Below the pieces are notes generated by a model. That model did not search any database and was not told the DNA's origin. It worked only from the letters and a program-made list of their open reading frames with translations. This document shows positions 10,522-22,125 of a stretch of 64,000 nucleotides of DNA, one piece after another (position 1 is the first letter of the stretch; each line of letters opens with the position of its first letter). Both the position numbers and the translations under genes were made by a program. The stretch is from assembly GCA_918797485.1 (NCBI GenBank), contig CAKKNE010000005.1, positions 868,001 to 932,000 of the forward strand, read 5' to 3'. Origin of the DNA: Pelagomonas calceolata. Taxonomy: Eukaryota.

Positions 10522-12217
10522 ATGGGCGCCCACGTCCGCCTCGCCGGTCCCGACTACGACGAGCACGTCGCCCTGAACCCCCAAGAAGAGGAGGAAGCCC
10601 CGCTCTTCTACTACAAGGACGACCCTTCGAGAGACGCGCGAAGCGTCCGCGGCTGTTTTTTGGATGAAATTTATGCGAAGCCGCGCCTCGAACAGAAGCT
10701 CGCGGATTTTTATTTCGATGGGGATGTCCCCTACATGCGGGACAACGTGCATTGTTTGACGGATGCGCAGTGGCGGTGCTTCTTCGAAGGGTACCTCGTA
10801 GAACCTTTACCGAGAGCCGAGAGGAAGTATGCTGTGGTGTTCTACGGCGTTTCAGGTTATACGGGTAGTCTCGTGATGGAGTACCTCAAGCGGGAGTGTC
10901 TGGATGATGTCAATGTTTGTTTCGCGGGCCGGACGCTCCACAAGGTCATCAAGATGCGAGACAAAGTACTCCAAGGGACGCGGTGGGCGAACTGTGATTG
11001 CGTCTCCTGCGACCTGAAGGAGCCGTTTGAAGTGGAGGCGTTGGTCTCGTCCTGTCGCGTGGTTTGTAACATCGCAGGACCGTTCATGTTGACGGGCGGC
11101 GAGCGACTCGTCGAAGCTTGCATTCATTATGATACGGACTACTGTGACGTGTCCGGCGAGATTCCTTGGAGTGCGAAGTTGCTGGAGTTCCATGATGTGG
11201 CTCGGGACGCGGGCGTTTATATCGTCCCGTCGACGGCGTACGCGGGCGGCCTGCCGGACATCATGTGTTATGCGATGGCCAAGGAAGCTAGAGAGAAGTA
11301 TGATGAACAACTGAAGGAGTTCCACGGCTACGTCAGCATGTATCAGGAGCGCGAAGGGACGGTCGGCGCGAGCGGCGGCACGTTAAGCACGCGGGCCGCG
11401 ATGGCGTCGGGCGACGCGTGGGTGCGCAAGGTCATGACCGACCCCTTCGCGCTCGGTGGTGCTGTTGAGAATGGCGAGCGCGAGGAGGACCAGGATCGGG
11501 TGCTGACGAAGGTGTTTCGCGACGGAGCCATCAAGTCGTGGGTCGCGCCGCACGTCTACGCGTTTTTTGAAACTAGAGTCGTGCGCCGGTCGAACGAGTT
11601 GCATCGTACCTTAGTCGGCGGGCCGGACAAGGGCCCGTTCTACGGCGAAAAATTAAACGTCACCGTTTATACTTTGATGCCGAGCGCGCGGCCGCGTCCT
11701 GTCTTGAGGCCATTCGGACCGAGTTTGTCACGCAGGCGAGGCCGCCGCGAAGGAGTTCAAGAAGTCCGGGAGCACGTCTACCAAGGCCGAAGAAGAACGG
11801 TTGAAAAAGGAGGGCAAGTACTACGGGCCGGGCGAGGGTCCACCTCTTGATGACTTGTTCGAGATTGGTGTGTATTCGTTGTACCACGGTGTTGGTATCA
11901 CGGAGAGCGGCAAGAAGGTCTGCTGGAGTATCAAGGGGCGGGACGGCTACTTCGAGACGGCTAGGATGGCGGTGGAAGCCGCTTTAGCTATGAGCGAGTC
12001 CGGGGACGAACTGCGATCCGGCTCCGAATCTGTCCGAGGTGGTGTGTTGACACCGGGCATCGCGGGCAAGCACGTTCTCTTCGACCGCATCCGCGCGGCG
12101 GGCATGGGCTTCATCGACTGGTCGCCGGGTACCTCGTGGGACGGCGTCAAGCCCGATGATCGACTCGGCGTCGACGTCTGGGGCAACAAGGCGACGCCGC
12201 CGCCCGTCGCCGAGTAG
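10522..12217 (+). CDS. Saccharopine dehydrogenase-like oxidoreductase (2 exons: 10522-11683, 11736-12217)
   Basis: YGVSGYTG, FAGR, NIAGPF, YCDVSGE, SGGT; C-terminal GYFETARM..EAAL, GGVLTPG in another frame, joined by a 52-nt GC-AG intron. Confidence 0.85.
11684..11735 (+). other. Spliceosomal intron (GC-AG, 52 nt)
   Basis: CCGA|GCGCGC...GTCACGCAG|GC restores frame (P-S-E-A-A-A-K). Confidence 0.65.
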
Positions 12218-12254
12218 TTCCCTTCCCCCCCTCCCCTTCCCCCTGTCATAACAG

Positions 12255-13598
12255 TTACACAGTTACACTCCTGAAACCCTCACAGCCCGTCCTCGTCACA
12301 TCCACCCTACCTTCGTGGGAGACCTCGAAGGCGCCATAAACCTCTGTCAAAGTGCGCAGCGTCCGGCATTCCAGCAGAGCTAAGTAGCGCACGGGCACGT
12401 AGCCCGGCGACCGCACAATGTTCACCAACACGGGCCGTTGGAGACGGGGCAGGATCCGTGCCGCGAGCATGTCATCTAACGCGAAGTCCACTTCCTCTGA
12501 CAACGCCCGCGGTTCGGGGACGTGGAAGGGCTGCTCGAAGAAGACCTCGGGCTCGTCGCCGCGCAAATGACCGCCTTTGATCGGTATCGACGCGAGGAAC
12601 TCGCGCAGCAAAGATCTCCTTTCCGATGTAACACTGGTCCGCCGCGACACCGCCTCGCGGAAATGAGTGGCCAGCGCCGACTTCTGGCCCCCCGCGACGA
12701 TGTTCCGAGCCCGCTCCGTGTCAAAGCTCATTGACTCTCGCCCTTTATGGTCACCTTTTCTCAGGTACTCGACCGAAAGCTCCGGAAAGTCCCAGGCCAG
12801 ATGATAGGCCGTCATGAGGTCCTCATCACTTATCCCAAGTTCATCCCTCAGAGGTATGGCCCCGAAGTTTTCCGTCGCGAAGTAGTCCAGGTCAATATCC
12901 AATATCAACGGTTTTGTCCTATCGATGCTCGCCACTAAAATGTCGTCTAAATGAGCATGCTCTTCGTTGATCACCGTAATTCGAAAATCGCGCGTGTTCA
13001 TCAAGTCATCGACTGAAGCTGTTCGGGATTGACCGTCCCTCCAAAACACGTGGCCCAGTCTTCTAGCCATCGGGCCCGCGACCCTCACGTTGTTCTGGTC
13101 ATCGACACCAACCGTGAATTGGAAGGTAGCACTCCCTTCGTAGACACAACATCTAAATTGGTTCGACCACGGCGGTTCCACAAACACCAAGTGCTCGGCG
13201 ACGCCCGTCAACGCAGCGGTAATCATAAAATCGTTGATCGCCGAAAAACGCTCCATGTGCGCGTCCGCTTTCAGATAAGCGCGGGGCACGCCCATGTCCG
13301 CGTGGGAGTCCAAGTGTAAGATCGTGGCTTTACCGTCCACAGGTATGGTGTTCTTCGCGACCTCGCGCGCGTAGTACGGCAGCACGTGGTGGTGCTCCTC
13401 GACGACGCCGACGACTATCGCTGGTGTTTGCTCTTCTAGAATCGGTGGTGTTGTAGCGGGCCGGAAGTAGTACGCGCCTCCCGCGAGCGCGAGCAATGCG
13501 ATCATAAAGCCGCCTCGACCGCTGCAGCTTTGTCTGTGCTGCGCGGCCTTGCTTTTCTGGCCTTTCTTCGCCTTGGGTTTCGCCTTGCGCTCGCGCAT
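12255..13598 (-). CDS. UPF0489 (C5orf22-like) family protein with N-terminal TM anchor
   Basis: LHLDSHADM, SAINDF, EPPWS, LILDIDLDYF motifs. Confidence 0.75.
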   Translation of the reverse strand: MRERKAKPKAKKGQKSKAAQHRQSCSGRGGFMIALLALAGGAYYFRPATTPPILEEQTPAIVVGVVEEHHHVLPYYAREVAKNTIPVDGKATILHLDSHADMGVPRAYLKADAHMERFSAINDFMITAALTGVAEHLVFVEPPWSNQFRCCVYEGSATFQFTVGVDDQNNVRVAGPMARRLGHVFWRDGQSRTASVDDLMNTRDFRITVINEEHAHLDDILVASIDRTKPLILDIDLDYFATENFGAIPLRDELGISDEDLMTAYHLAWDFPELSVEYLRKGDHKGRESMSFDTERARNIVAGGQKSALATHFREAVSRRTSVTSERRSLLREFLASIPIKGGHLRGDEPEVFFEQPFHVPEPRALSEEVDFALDDMLAARILPRLQRPVLVNIVRSPGYVPVRYLALLECRTLRTLTEVYGAFEVSHEGRVDVTRTGCEGFRSVTV

Positions 13599-14110
13599 TT
13601 TTTTTTCTGGCTGCCAACGAGTGCTACTGGGCTTGCGGCGGCCACGGCGCTTTGGTTTGGCAGCAAATGGGTGCTATTTGGTTTTGGGCCCTGCAGCAGC
13701 CGCACGCGTGCCGGTTTTCGACACCAGTCGCAGGGTTGCAGGAATGCCTTCACAGGAGGCTCTCCAATCGGCCAACAGTGGCTCTATACCAGCTCTACGC
13801 TCGGCGCGGCTTGAAAATTTTCTTGGAAAAACGGGTTTTACGGACCGTTCCGACGCCTCGTCAAATACACACGAGAGCAGTACTCGGAGCACCCGCAAGC
13901 GCCGGGGAGGCGTCGCAGCCGACCGCCCGAGTAACTAGGGCAGCCATCCAACGCCGCCTTCGCGGAGCGGCGTCTCGTGCACCCAAACTCGCGCCGCCCG
14001 GCCGCAGCGGCCGTCCACAGCCTCCCTTTACGGTCGACGGACGCGCGGTCGCCGCGGCGCGCGCCTCCTCGTTGCTGGGGCAGCCTCGCCCGGGGCAGCC
14101 CGCCGGCGCG

Positions 14111-14749
14111 ATGGGCTCCCCAAGCAAGACCGCGAGCACCATCGTCTTAGGCAGCGGCGAGACGGGCTACGACCGGTGGGCGCGGTCGTCCCAACAGATC
14201 GGCGCCTACTACGCGGCGCCCAAGAAGCCGACGACGCCGGGTCGCGCGCCCGGCACCGCCGCTCTTATTGGTAGAGCAAATCGCGCAAGTGCCGCCATGC
14301 GCGTGCTCGGCAGCACGATGGGCTACGACACGAACCCGCCGCCGCCGGTGGCCGTGACGATGTTGGGGAAAAGGACGCATAGCGACCACTCGCTCTACCT
14401 CACGCTCGGCCATTCCCAAAACATGTACAAGTCGGCGAGCGGCTTCTGGGAGGCGTCGGTCACGCGGGCATCTCGAGCGTTACCGCAGGTTGACCAGAGA
14501 CCACCGACCGACACGCGCGTGACGTTTGAGGGCGACCGGCCGGCCGTCGACGTCGACGCGACTGGTGAAGAGGACGCGCCGCTATCGCCGACGTTGGACG
14601 AGCACGCCTTCGGCGAAACACCCTTATCCAACGACCAGCCGGGCCCGTCGTTCGGGATTGAAGGGGCGGACCCGCCGGACGACGGTCTCTTCGAGGAGGC
14701 GTCGGTGGACGTGTTGACCGTGGGCGGCGACGGGTCCCTGCAGGAATAG
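14111..14749 (+). CDS. Hypothetical protein
   Basis: ATG at 14111 (MGSPSK); codon-biased ORF. Confidence 0.55.
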   Translation: MGSPSKTASTIVLGSGETGYDRWARSSQQIGAYYAAPKKPTTPGRAPGTAALIGRANRASAAMRVLGSTMGYDTNPPPPVAVTMLGKRTHSDHSLYLTLGHSQNMYKSASGFWEASVTRASRALPQVDQRPPTDTRVTFEGDRPAVDVDATGEEDAPLSPTLDEHAFGETPLSNDQPGPSFGIEGADPPDDGLFEEASVDVLTVGGDGSLQE

Positions 14750-15277
14750 TCTGCGTAAATTCCAAGGTTAGTCACTAGTCACCGCGCATCGATGGCGTCG
14801 AGGCGGTGGCGTCACCGACGGTGACCGACCGGGGCGTGCGCCTTCGAGACGCCACGTGGCCACGGGGAACGACGTCGCGGCGCGGTGAGGCAGCGGAACC
14901 GGGTGTTGTTACGGTGCTAAAACTAGTGGGCGGAGCCCTGCCTCGCCAGCTGGGGGGGGGGACACCGCGCGGCGGAACCAGCAGCCCAGGGGTGGCGGAA
15001 CGTCGGCGTCCGAGCCGTCCCCGCGACCCGGGCGACCACTCCGGCGGCGCCTAGAGGTCGCCGGGGCCGCGGCCTTAACCTAACGGCTCGCTGCTCGGCG
15101 GCGCTGTGGCCCGCGTTGAGAGGCGAATAGGCGCGCGCAACGAGCGTGAAAGCGCTGCCCCCGTCAGAAGGGCAGCCCGACGAACACCGAACGAAGGCCC
15201 GCCGCCAGCGGAGCGGCCCCGGCGCCGCCAGCGGGCGCGCGCCGCGCCCCAGCGCCGCGCGCCGAGCGAGCGCCAAA

Positions 15278-16849
15278 ATGCTACCCCCGAAAGGAACCAT
15301 CAAGAACCTCGGCCATGCGAGTCGCGGTAGAAGACCGAAGTCCGCCGGCGCCATCAAGGCGAGAACCAAGGCGGCCAAAATGGCCGAAGCTCAAGCGCAG
15401 GCCGAGCATCGCGAACGACTGAGGAAGCTCCTGACCCAGAAACTGACCGCGAAGCACGGCCCCGGCAAAAAACAAGCGATCAGGCAGAACGTCGACCAGT
15501 TCATTCAGAAAAACACGGCCGTGTCTGAGCTGGAGCTCAAAAAGCTCGATAAGTTGGTAGAAGACAAGAACACGATCGACCAGGTCTGGCCCTCGGCCCG
15601 TCCTGTAGAAGTGAAGCCGGCGGCGGGAAGTGCGGTCCAGGTCATCAAGCAGAAGGAATCGTTGTCACGTTCCGAAACGCCGGAGCTCACGCAGGAGATC
15701 GACCGCCACTCGAAGTGGAAAGTGTTGAACGCGTACAGCGCTCTCAAGAATGAAGACTTCGAAGCGAGCTTCGTCCAGAAGGAACGGGACAAGAAAAAGG
15801 AATACCGCAAGATCTTGGACGAGCAGATGGTCATCAAACAGTCGAAGTCGCAGGAAGCCGAGTTGCGGAGACAAGATGAAGATTTCGTGCGATCGCAGAA
15901 ACAATTACTGTCGGAATGGCGCGAGCAGATGAAGGTCCAGGAGAAGGAGACGAAGGGTAGGTACCTCGACCAGCACAAGACGCGGCAGCTCCAGGCCCAA
16001 CTCAAAAAGGATCGAGCCGCGAAAGAATTTGATGCTCAAAGAGCCATGGAGTGGGCGCAGGTCGCGTCCAATCAACTGACCATCGAAGCTAATAAGCGAG
16101 CAGCGAAGGAAGCCCAAGAAGCGGCAAGACGTAAAAATGAAGAAATAGTCAGGCAGAATATCTTGGATCGGGCCAAGAAGGCCGAGCGGAAGAAGCGAGA
16201 GGGCGAGGAGGACGTGAAGTTGATGAAGTTGTATAAGGAGAAGCTGCGCAAACAAGAGTTACAACGAAAAGAGGCGTTCAAGAAGGTGCAGGACCGCTTA
16301 GATGCCTTTGCTGCGAAGTCTGCAGGTCAAAAAGGTGGGGCTTTGTATGAAAAACAACAAAATGATTTAGCTTTAGAGTTAAAAATACTGCGGGAGGCCG
16401 ACATCAAGGACAAGGCGGATGCGGAACGAGACCGGAGGGACAAAGAAGACGTGCGCACGAAGGCGAAACAGATGCAGGAGTGGAATCTCAAATCAGCTGC
16501 TCTCAAGAAAGCTCGCGAGCGCAAGGAGGTGACCGACGAGCTCCACTACGCCGAGGATTTTATAAGACAAAGTGAGGACTTCATGAGGGCCGAAAAGGAG
16601 AAATTTGATAGAATAAGAAAGATGCGCGAGAAGCACAACGTCGAGCTCTTGGAGCACGTGCGCCTGCACAAGCTCGCCCAGAAGCACGTCGAGATGGACG
16701 AGAAGGAGGAGAAGGTCAATAGAGGCTTGCTGAAAGATATCTATGCGGACGATAAATATCGCAAACGACTGGCGGAGCGGCTGAAGTTCGGCCAGAAGTT
16801 CACGATGAAGAAGAGCGAGGAGTTCAAGTACAAGTCGAACGTGCTCTAG
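15278..16849 (+). CDS. Long K/E/Q/R-rich coiled-coil protein (trichohyalin-like; possibly ciliary)
   Basis: Charged helical composition across >450 aa. Confidence 0.7.
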   Translation: MLPPKGTIKNLGHASRGRRPKSAGAIKARTKAAKMAEAQAQAEHRERLRKLLTQKLTAKHGPGKKQAIRQNVDQFIQKNTAVSELELKKLDKLVEDKNTIDQVWPSARPVEVKPAAGSAVQVIKQKESLSRSETPELTQEIDRHSKWKVLNAYSALKNEDFEASFVQKERDKKKEYRKILDEQMVIKQSKSQEAELRRQDEDFVRSQKQLLSEWREQMKVQEKETKGRYLDQHKTRQLQAQLKKDRAAKEFDAQRAMEWAQVASNQLTIEANKRAAKEAQEAARRKNEEIVRQNILDRAKKAERKKREGEEDVKLMKLYKEKLRKQELQRKEAFKKVQDRLDAFAAKSAGQKGGALYEKQQNDLALELKILREADIKDKADAERDRRDKEDVRTKAKQMQEWNLKSAALKKARERKEVTDELHYAEDFIRQSEDFMRAEKEKFDRIRKMREKHNVELLEHVRLHKLAQKHVEMDEKEEKVNRGLLKDIYADDKYRKRLAERLKFGQKFTMKKSEEFKYKSNVL

Positions 16850-16879
16850 TTGAGTTCCCTGGCGTAAATTTGTCAAAAC

Positions 16880-19626
16880 TCACACACTTACTAGTACATC
16901 GGGCGCGATGCCGGTCCGCTCGCAGAAGGTCTCGTCCGTTTGCGACGCGTACGAGAGGACGCGTCGCGCGTCGACGCCGGCGGCGCGACACGCCTCGAGG
17001 CGCGGGCGGTAGCGGTTGGCCAGGCTGAATCCGAGAATGGATGGATTTTTCACGACCCAGTCGCGCAGCTCGGCGCGCGAGAGACCGATCTCCCGCTCAA
17101 GGTAGGCGAGCTTTGGTGCCATGTTGGCCTCGACGCTGTAGCCCAGCAGTCCCGGAAGCGTCATAACGATCTTCCTCAGCTGAGCGTCGTCCAGCTCGAG
17201 GCGCGTCCGCAGCCAGTTGAGCTTCGGCGCCATATTGTCCTCGACGCTGTAGCCCAGCAGTGCCGGACGTGTCATAACGATCTTCCTCAGTCCCGCGTCG
17301 TCCAGGTCAAAGCGCGTCTGCAGCCATTCAAGCTTCGGCGCCATATTGTCCTCGACGCTGTAGCCCAGCACTGGCGGTAGCCCTAGCACCACCTTCCTTA
17401 GCCCCGCGTCGTCCAAGTCGAGCCGCCTCTGCAGCCACTCCAGCGTCGGCGCCAGGTTCTCCTCGACACTTAGATACAACAGCGGCGGAAGCCTCAGAAC
17501 CATCTTCCTCAGGTGCGCCTCGTCCAGGTCGAGGCGCGTCTGCAACCAGTCGTAAGTCGATTCCATGCTCTCCACGCGCTTCGTCAGCAGTGCCGGAAAC
17601 CTCACCACCACCTTCCCCAGTTGCGCCGCGTCCAGCTTGAGGTGCGCCTGAAACCACGCAAGCTTCGGCTCCACGGTCGCTCTGGCGCCCGCGGGTTGAT
17701 ACCGCTCTACCCTATCTACCTCCGCCTCGGTCAAGGCGAGCCGCGTCCGCAACAGGTCGCGCACGTCCACCGCGTTTCGAGCGGTCGTCTCAGCCCTAGT
17801 GCTAAACGCCCGTCGCCGCGGCGCCGCGACCGGTGGCCGCGCGCGCGACGCCGCCGCTGTGACACTTAGTACACTTTCTCGGGCCGCGACGAGGGCCTCG
17901 GGCGCGATACCAGTAATTTCGCAGAAGAATTCGTCCGCACGCGTCGCGTAGGAGAGGACGCGCTTCGCGTCGACGCCTGCCGCGCGGCACGCCTCGAGGC
18001 GCGGGCGGTAGCGGTTGGCCAGGCTCATTCCCAGCAGGGAAGGAGTCGTCACCACCCAATCGCGTAGCTCGGCGCGCGAGAGGCCAATCTCCCGCGCAAG
18101 GAAGTCTCGAGCTTCGGCTCCATGTTGTCCTCGGCGCTGTAATTAAACAGGGCCGGAAGCGTCACAACAATCTTCCTCAGTCCCGCGTCGTCCAGACCGA
18201 GGCGCTTCTGCAGCCAATCGAGCTTCGGCTCAATGTTGTCCTCGACGCTTAGAGACAACAGGGGCGGAAGCGTCAGAACCATCTTCCTCAGCTGCATGTC
18301 GTCCAGGTCGAGGCGCGTCTGCAACCACTCGAGTTTCGGTGCCATGTTGTCCTCGACACTACAGCTCAGCAGTGACGGGCGCCCCAGAACCACCTTCTGT
18401 AGCTGCGCCGCGTCTAGGTCAAGACGTGTCTGCAACCACTTGAGCGTCGGCTCCATGTTGTCCTCGATGCTGTAGCCCATCAGTGGCGGGCACGCCACAA
18501 CCATCTTCCTCAGCTCCGCCTCGTCCAGGTCAAGACGCGTCTGTAGCCACTCGAGCGTCGGCGCCACGTTGTCCTCGACGCTTAAGGCCAGCAGTGGTGG
18601 AAGCCTCAGAACCATTTTCCTCAGCCCCACCTCGTCCAGACCGAGGCGCGTCTGTAGCCAATCGAGCGTCGGCGCCACGTTGTCCTCGACGCTGTAGCCT
18701 AGCAGTTGCGGAAGCCTCAGAACCATCTTCCTCAGTCCCGCGTTGTTCAGACCGAGGCGTCGCTGCAGCCAGTCGCAATTCGACTCCATGCTCTCGACGC
18801 TTCGTCGCAGCAGATGCGGATGCTTCACAACTATCTTCTTTAACTGCGCCGCGTCCAGCTCGAGGCGCGACTGCAGCCAAGCAAGTTTCGGCTCCACGGT
18901 CGCTCTGGCACCCGCGGGTCGACGCCGCTCCACTCTATCCACCTCCGCATCGGTCAGCGAGAGCCGCGTCCGCAGCAGGTCGCGCACGTCCGCGGCATTT
19001 TCTGCGGCCTGTGCAGCGCTGGTCCCGAACGCTCGTCGCGGCGCCGCGAAAGGTCGCGCGCGCGCCGCCGCCGTGAGGACAACGCAGCGCTCGAGCGCCC
19101 CGTCCGCCGCGGTCCAGCCCGCCGGCGCGACGAGAAGCTCCGCGTCGGCGGCGACGCGGCGCAGGCGCGGCAGTGCAAATAAACGCGGCGGCAGCGCCTC
19201 GAGCGCCGTCTCGGTCACGTCGAGCGTCTCCAAGCTTTCCAGCGCCGCGAGGTCGTCGGGCAGCGCGCGCAGCAGCTCGTTGCGCGACAGGTCGAGCTCC
19301 CGGAGCAACGGTAGCCTTAGTACCGCGTCCGGCACGGCCCGCAGCCCCGCGCCGCGGAGCGACAGCGTCTCGAGCTTCGGGAAGCTCCGCCGCTCGAGGA
19401 ACGCGGCGATCCTGCAGCCGCACGGCTCGCCGACGTGCTCGCACATCATGTTGTGGCAGGTCAATGCTTTGGCTTGCGAGAGGTCCAGGTTTACGGCGTC
19501 GGTGGCGAGCGGAGACGTGGCCAAGCGCCGCCAACTTTGTGGCGCGGCCGCCGCGGCCCGGGCCGCCGCGGTGCCGTTTCGCGCGGAGGTGCGCGCGAGG
19601 TTTCGGAGGAGCAGCGTCGCGCGCAT
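16880..19626 (-). CDS. LRR + tandem mTERF-repeat protein (LRR-mTERF-mTERF) interrupted by a 2-bp frameshift at ~18105-18108
   Basis: 36-aa mTERF repeats (P.LLGYSVEDN.APKL.WLQTRL.LD...LRKMV); N-terminal mitochondrial-type presequence; short LRR block; a GA duplication (CTCGAGACTTCC) breaks the frame relative to the paralogous KLAYLEREIGLSRAELRDWVV. Confidence 0.8.
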
Positions 19627-20060
19627 TGTTTAGTGCGTTCGATCGCGTATTTTGTCTCGCGCGCGCTGGATCTGCTGCGGGAGGCGACTGCAGATCTGAC
19701 AGCCAGAGGCCTTCCAGCGGCGCAGCGATGGCGCACGCGTCACGACCTCAAACAGTGATCTACTACGCAAGTTCTTGGCGTTCCAGTTAGCACGTTTACG
19801 CCCATGAGTGCGCTGTGCGCAAAAGCTGACTTGCTAGTGCCTTACATGCCGCTAGCTCGATCTGTTAAAAACCCAAAAGCCGGCGTTCTGGACGCGCGAG
19901 ACGCATACAGGTCCTGAGACGTGTTTTACCAGCTGCGCTGCGACAAACCGCCAGCAACCCGCCAGAACGCGTAACCCGGCACCACAAACACTGGCAGCAG
20001 TGCGTTGTGGGTCGCACGACTCCTGCGCAGCGGTCGACGCGTCGCACGAAGGAGTGAGCG

Positions 20061-20846
20061 ATGCCCTCCTTCGAGCTGCCCATGCGCGGCTCGCGCAACG
20101 AACCACCGCCGAAGCCGTCGCTCCTCGCGCGCGCGCGGGCGTCGCTGTCCCGGTCCAAAGCCGAGCCGGATAGACCGAGGCCGCGCCGGAGCATCCTGAT
20201 CGGCGGCGCGCCGAAGACGCCGTCGGCGCGGGGCCTGATCAACCCGAATTATACGAGACGAGCAGTGTGCCAGTGTAAATGTCTCAGAAGGTTGCTGGTC
20301 GGCGCCGGGCTGGCCCAGCCGTCGAAGGAGGACGACGCCGAATTACTAAGTGAAATCGACGTCACGACGGAGGAGGGCCTGGAGCGGTTCTTAGAACGGT
20401 TTGAATTACCAGACTGCCACAACCCGCGCGACCTGACTGGAGACGACCGGCAACGACTACTACGCTTATTTGATTTTTTCGACCTGGACAAGGAGCGCCA
20501 CATTTCCAAAAGGGAGTTAAGGATAGGCCTGTCGGCGCTGGGCCAGCCGCCGACCGACAGTGACGCGAAGCGCATGATCGCCCAATTGGATTTATCTAGA
20601 GGTCGGAGCGGCGACGGCCAAGTGGACTTCGAGGAGTTTTGCTTGGGGTTATTGCACCGGCGCTGCGACTTGTATCTTGCGCTCTACGAGCCCGATAAAA
20701 AGAAGTGTAGGGGCACGCCCGTGACCGCGTCGGACCTCGACAAAATTCAATCCAAAGACAAAGGTGGATCCGCTGCGGACTCGCGGAAGCGGCTCTCGGC
20801 GGTCATTTCCGCGTACACGGGCCGGCCGGACAGCGCGTTCGTCTGA
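20061..20846 (+). CDS. EF-hand calcium-binding protein
   Basis: FDLDKERHISKREL and GDGQVDFEEF. Confidence 0.8.
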   Translation: MPSFELPMRGSRNEPPPKPSLLARARASLSRSKAEPDRPRPRRSILIGGAPKTPSARGLINPNYTRRAVCQCKCLRRLLVGAGLAQPSKEDDAELLSEIDVTTEEGLERFLERFELPDCHNPRDLTGDDRQRLLRLFDFFDLDKERHISKRELRIGLSALGQPPTDSDAKRMIAQLDLSRGRSGDGQVDFEEFCLGLLHRRCDLYLALYEPDKKKCRGTPVTASDLDKIQSKDKGGSAADSRKRLSAVISAYTGRPDSAFV

Positions 20847-20931
20847 CTGTCTTCTCGTTCTTGTTATTATTCGCCTCCGCTAAGTATGGGCTCTGTGTAT
20901 CTTCTAAACGCGCCATGCCCTCTCGTAGTAG

Positions 20932-21042
20932 TCGATGTTACGGTGCTAGGACTAGTGGGCGGAGCCCCTGGGGGGGAGACACCGCGCGTCGCCGATTCAT
21001 CGGCGGCGGGCGCGGGCCGCTTCTTTCATAACAGCGTACCTC
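20932..21042 (+). repeat. Interspersed repeat copy with a flanking direct repeat
   Basis: Near-identical to 53826-53946 reverse complement; CCTCTCGTAGT at 20919-20929 and 21039-21049. Confidence 0.8.
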
Positions 21043-21258
21043 TCGTAGTCTTCCCACGCTAGCGGCTGTGAGACACTAGCAAGATGAGCACACGGCGGTG
21101 CCACACGCTACGAGCGGCGACGCGTCGACTGCGAGGCTGCCCATCGCACGCCATCGACGCGATAAATTAGCTAGCTGCAGCAAGGCCGTGCACCGGCAGT
21201 GGCGGCACCAAAAGACACGATTGACATGAGCATCTCATGAGCAGGCTGTCATAGCACC

Positions 21259-22113
21259 ATGCGGCGCCTGCTGTGGTGCCTGCTCGGGTGGGCGGCCGCG
21301 CGCGCCGACACGAACACCACGCGCCAGCGCCTCAGCGTCCTGCCGAAGGCCTGGCTCTTCGGCTCGGCCGACGACCGCCTGAGGAAGAAGCGTGTCGCGC
21401 TGCTCATGGCGGGCAATGTGAGGACGCACGACAGCTGCGCGCCGTCCATACGAAAACACCTGCTCGAGCACAAGTACAACGACCGCTGGCGCTTCGAGGT
21501 CGTGGCGCTCGCGTACAAGGAGCGCTTCGGCAAGGCCATCCACAAGGACGCCGTCTCCAAGACCTGGACGCAGGGCAAGGACGTGACCGACCTAGATATC
21601 CGGAAACATTATATGACGTGGCCCTGCCACGTCAAAATTGTGGACGAAGAGGCCGTCAAGAAGTCCATCAAGAAGCCGCCGACGTCGCCGCACTTCGCGC
21701 GGTTCACGTACATGTTCCGCATGCTCCGGGACACGTACGTGTTCATGGACTCGCTAGGAACCTTCGACGGCGTCGTGCGGTTCCGGTTCGACTTGAAATT
21801 ACTCGCGCCGTTCAAGCTACACAACTTTGAATGTGATAAGTGTGTTGTGGTTCCTGGTCGCATGCAGCCGGGCCCGGCGGCGATGCACCTCGGGACGAAC
21901 TGTGGCGGCGGCAGGCTCTGGGTCCAGGACCACGTCGCATATGGTGGTAGGAACGCGATGCGCGCCTACTTCGTGGACACTTACGAGAAGTATGATCGGG
22001 GGGGCCGGCCGCCGCGCCAGAAGCAGGTCGAGGCGCATTTAGCGTCTGTCCTGAAGGAGAAGGGCGTCGCCGTCAAATGCGACACGTCGATCAAGTACAC
22101 GATCGTTCGGTAA
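21259..22113 (+). CDS. Secreted hypothetical protein (glycosyltransferase-like)
   Basis: Signal peptide; RVALLMAGNVRT, FDGVVRFRFDL, DHVAYG. Confidence 0.6.
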   Translation: MRRLLWCLLGWAAARADTNTTRQRLSVLPKAWLFGSADDRLRKKRVALLMAGNVRTHDSCAPSIRKHLLEHKYNDRWRFEVVALAYKERFGKAIHKDAVSKTWTQGKDVTDLDIRKHYMTWPCHVKIVDEEAVKKSIKKPPTSPHFARFTYMFRMLRDTYVFMDSLGTFDGVVRFRFDLKLLAPFKLHNFECDKCVVVPGRMQPGPAAMHLGTNCGGGRLWVQDHVAYGGRNAMRAYFVDTYEKYDRGGRPPRQKQVEAHLASVLKEKGVAVKCDTSIKYTIVR

Positions 22114-22125
22114 ATTTGTTGTGTC

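Noticed and set aside
17040..18900. 108-bp tandem repeats as a satellite or CRISPR
   Set aside because: They encode mTERF repeats.
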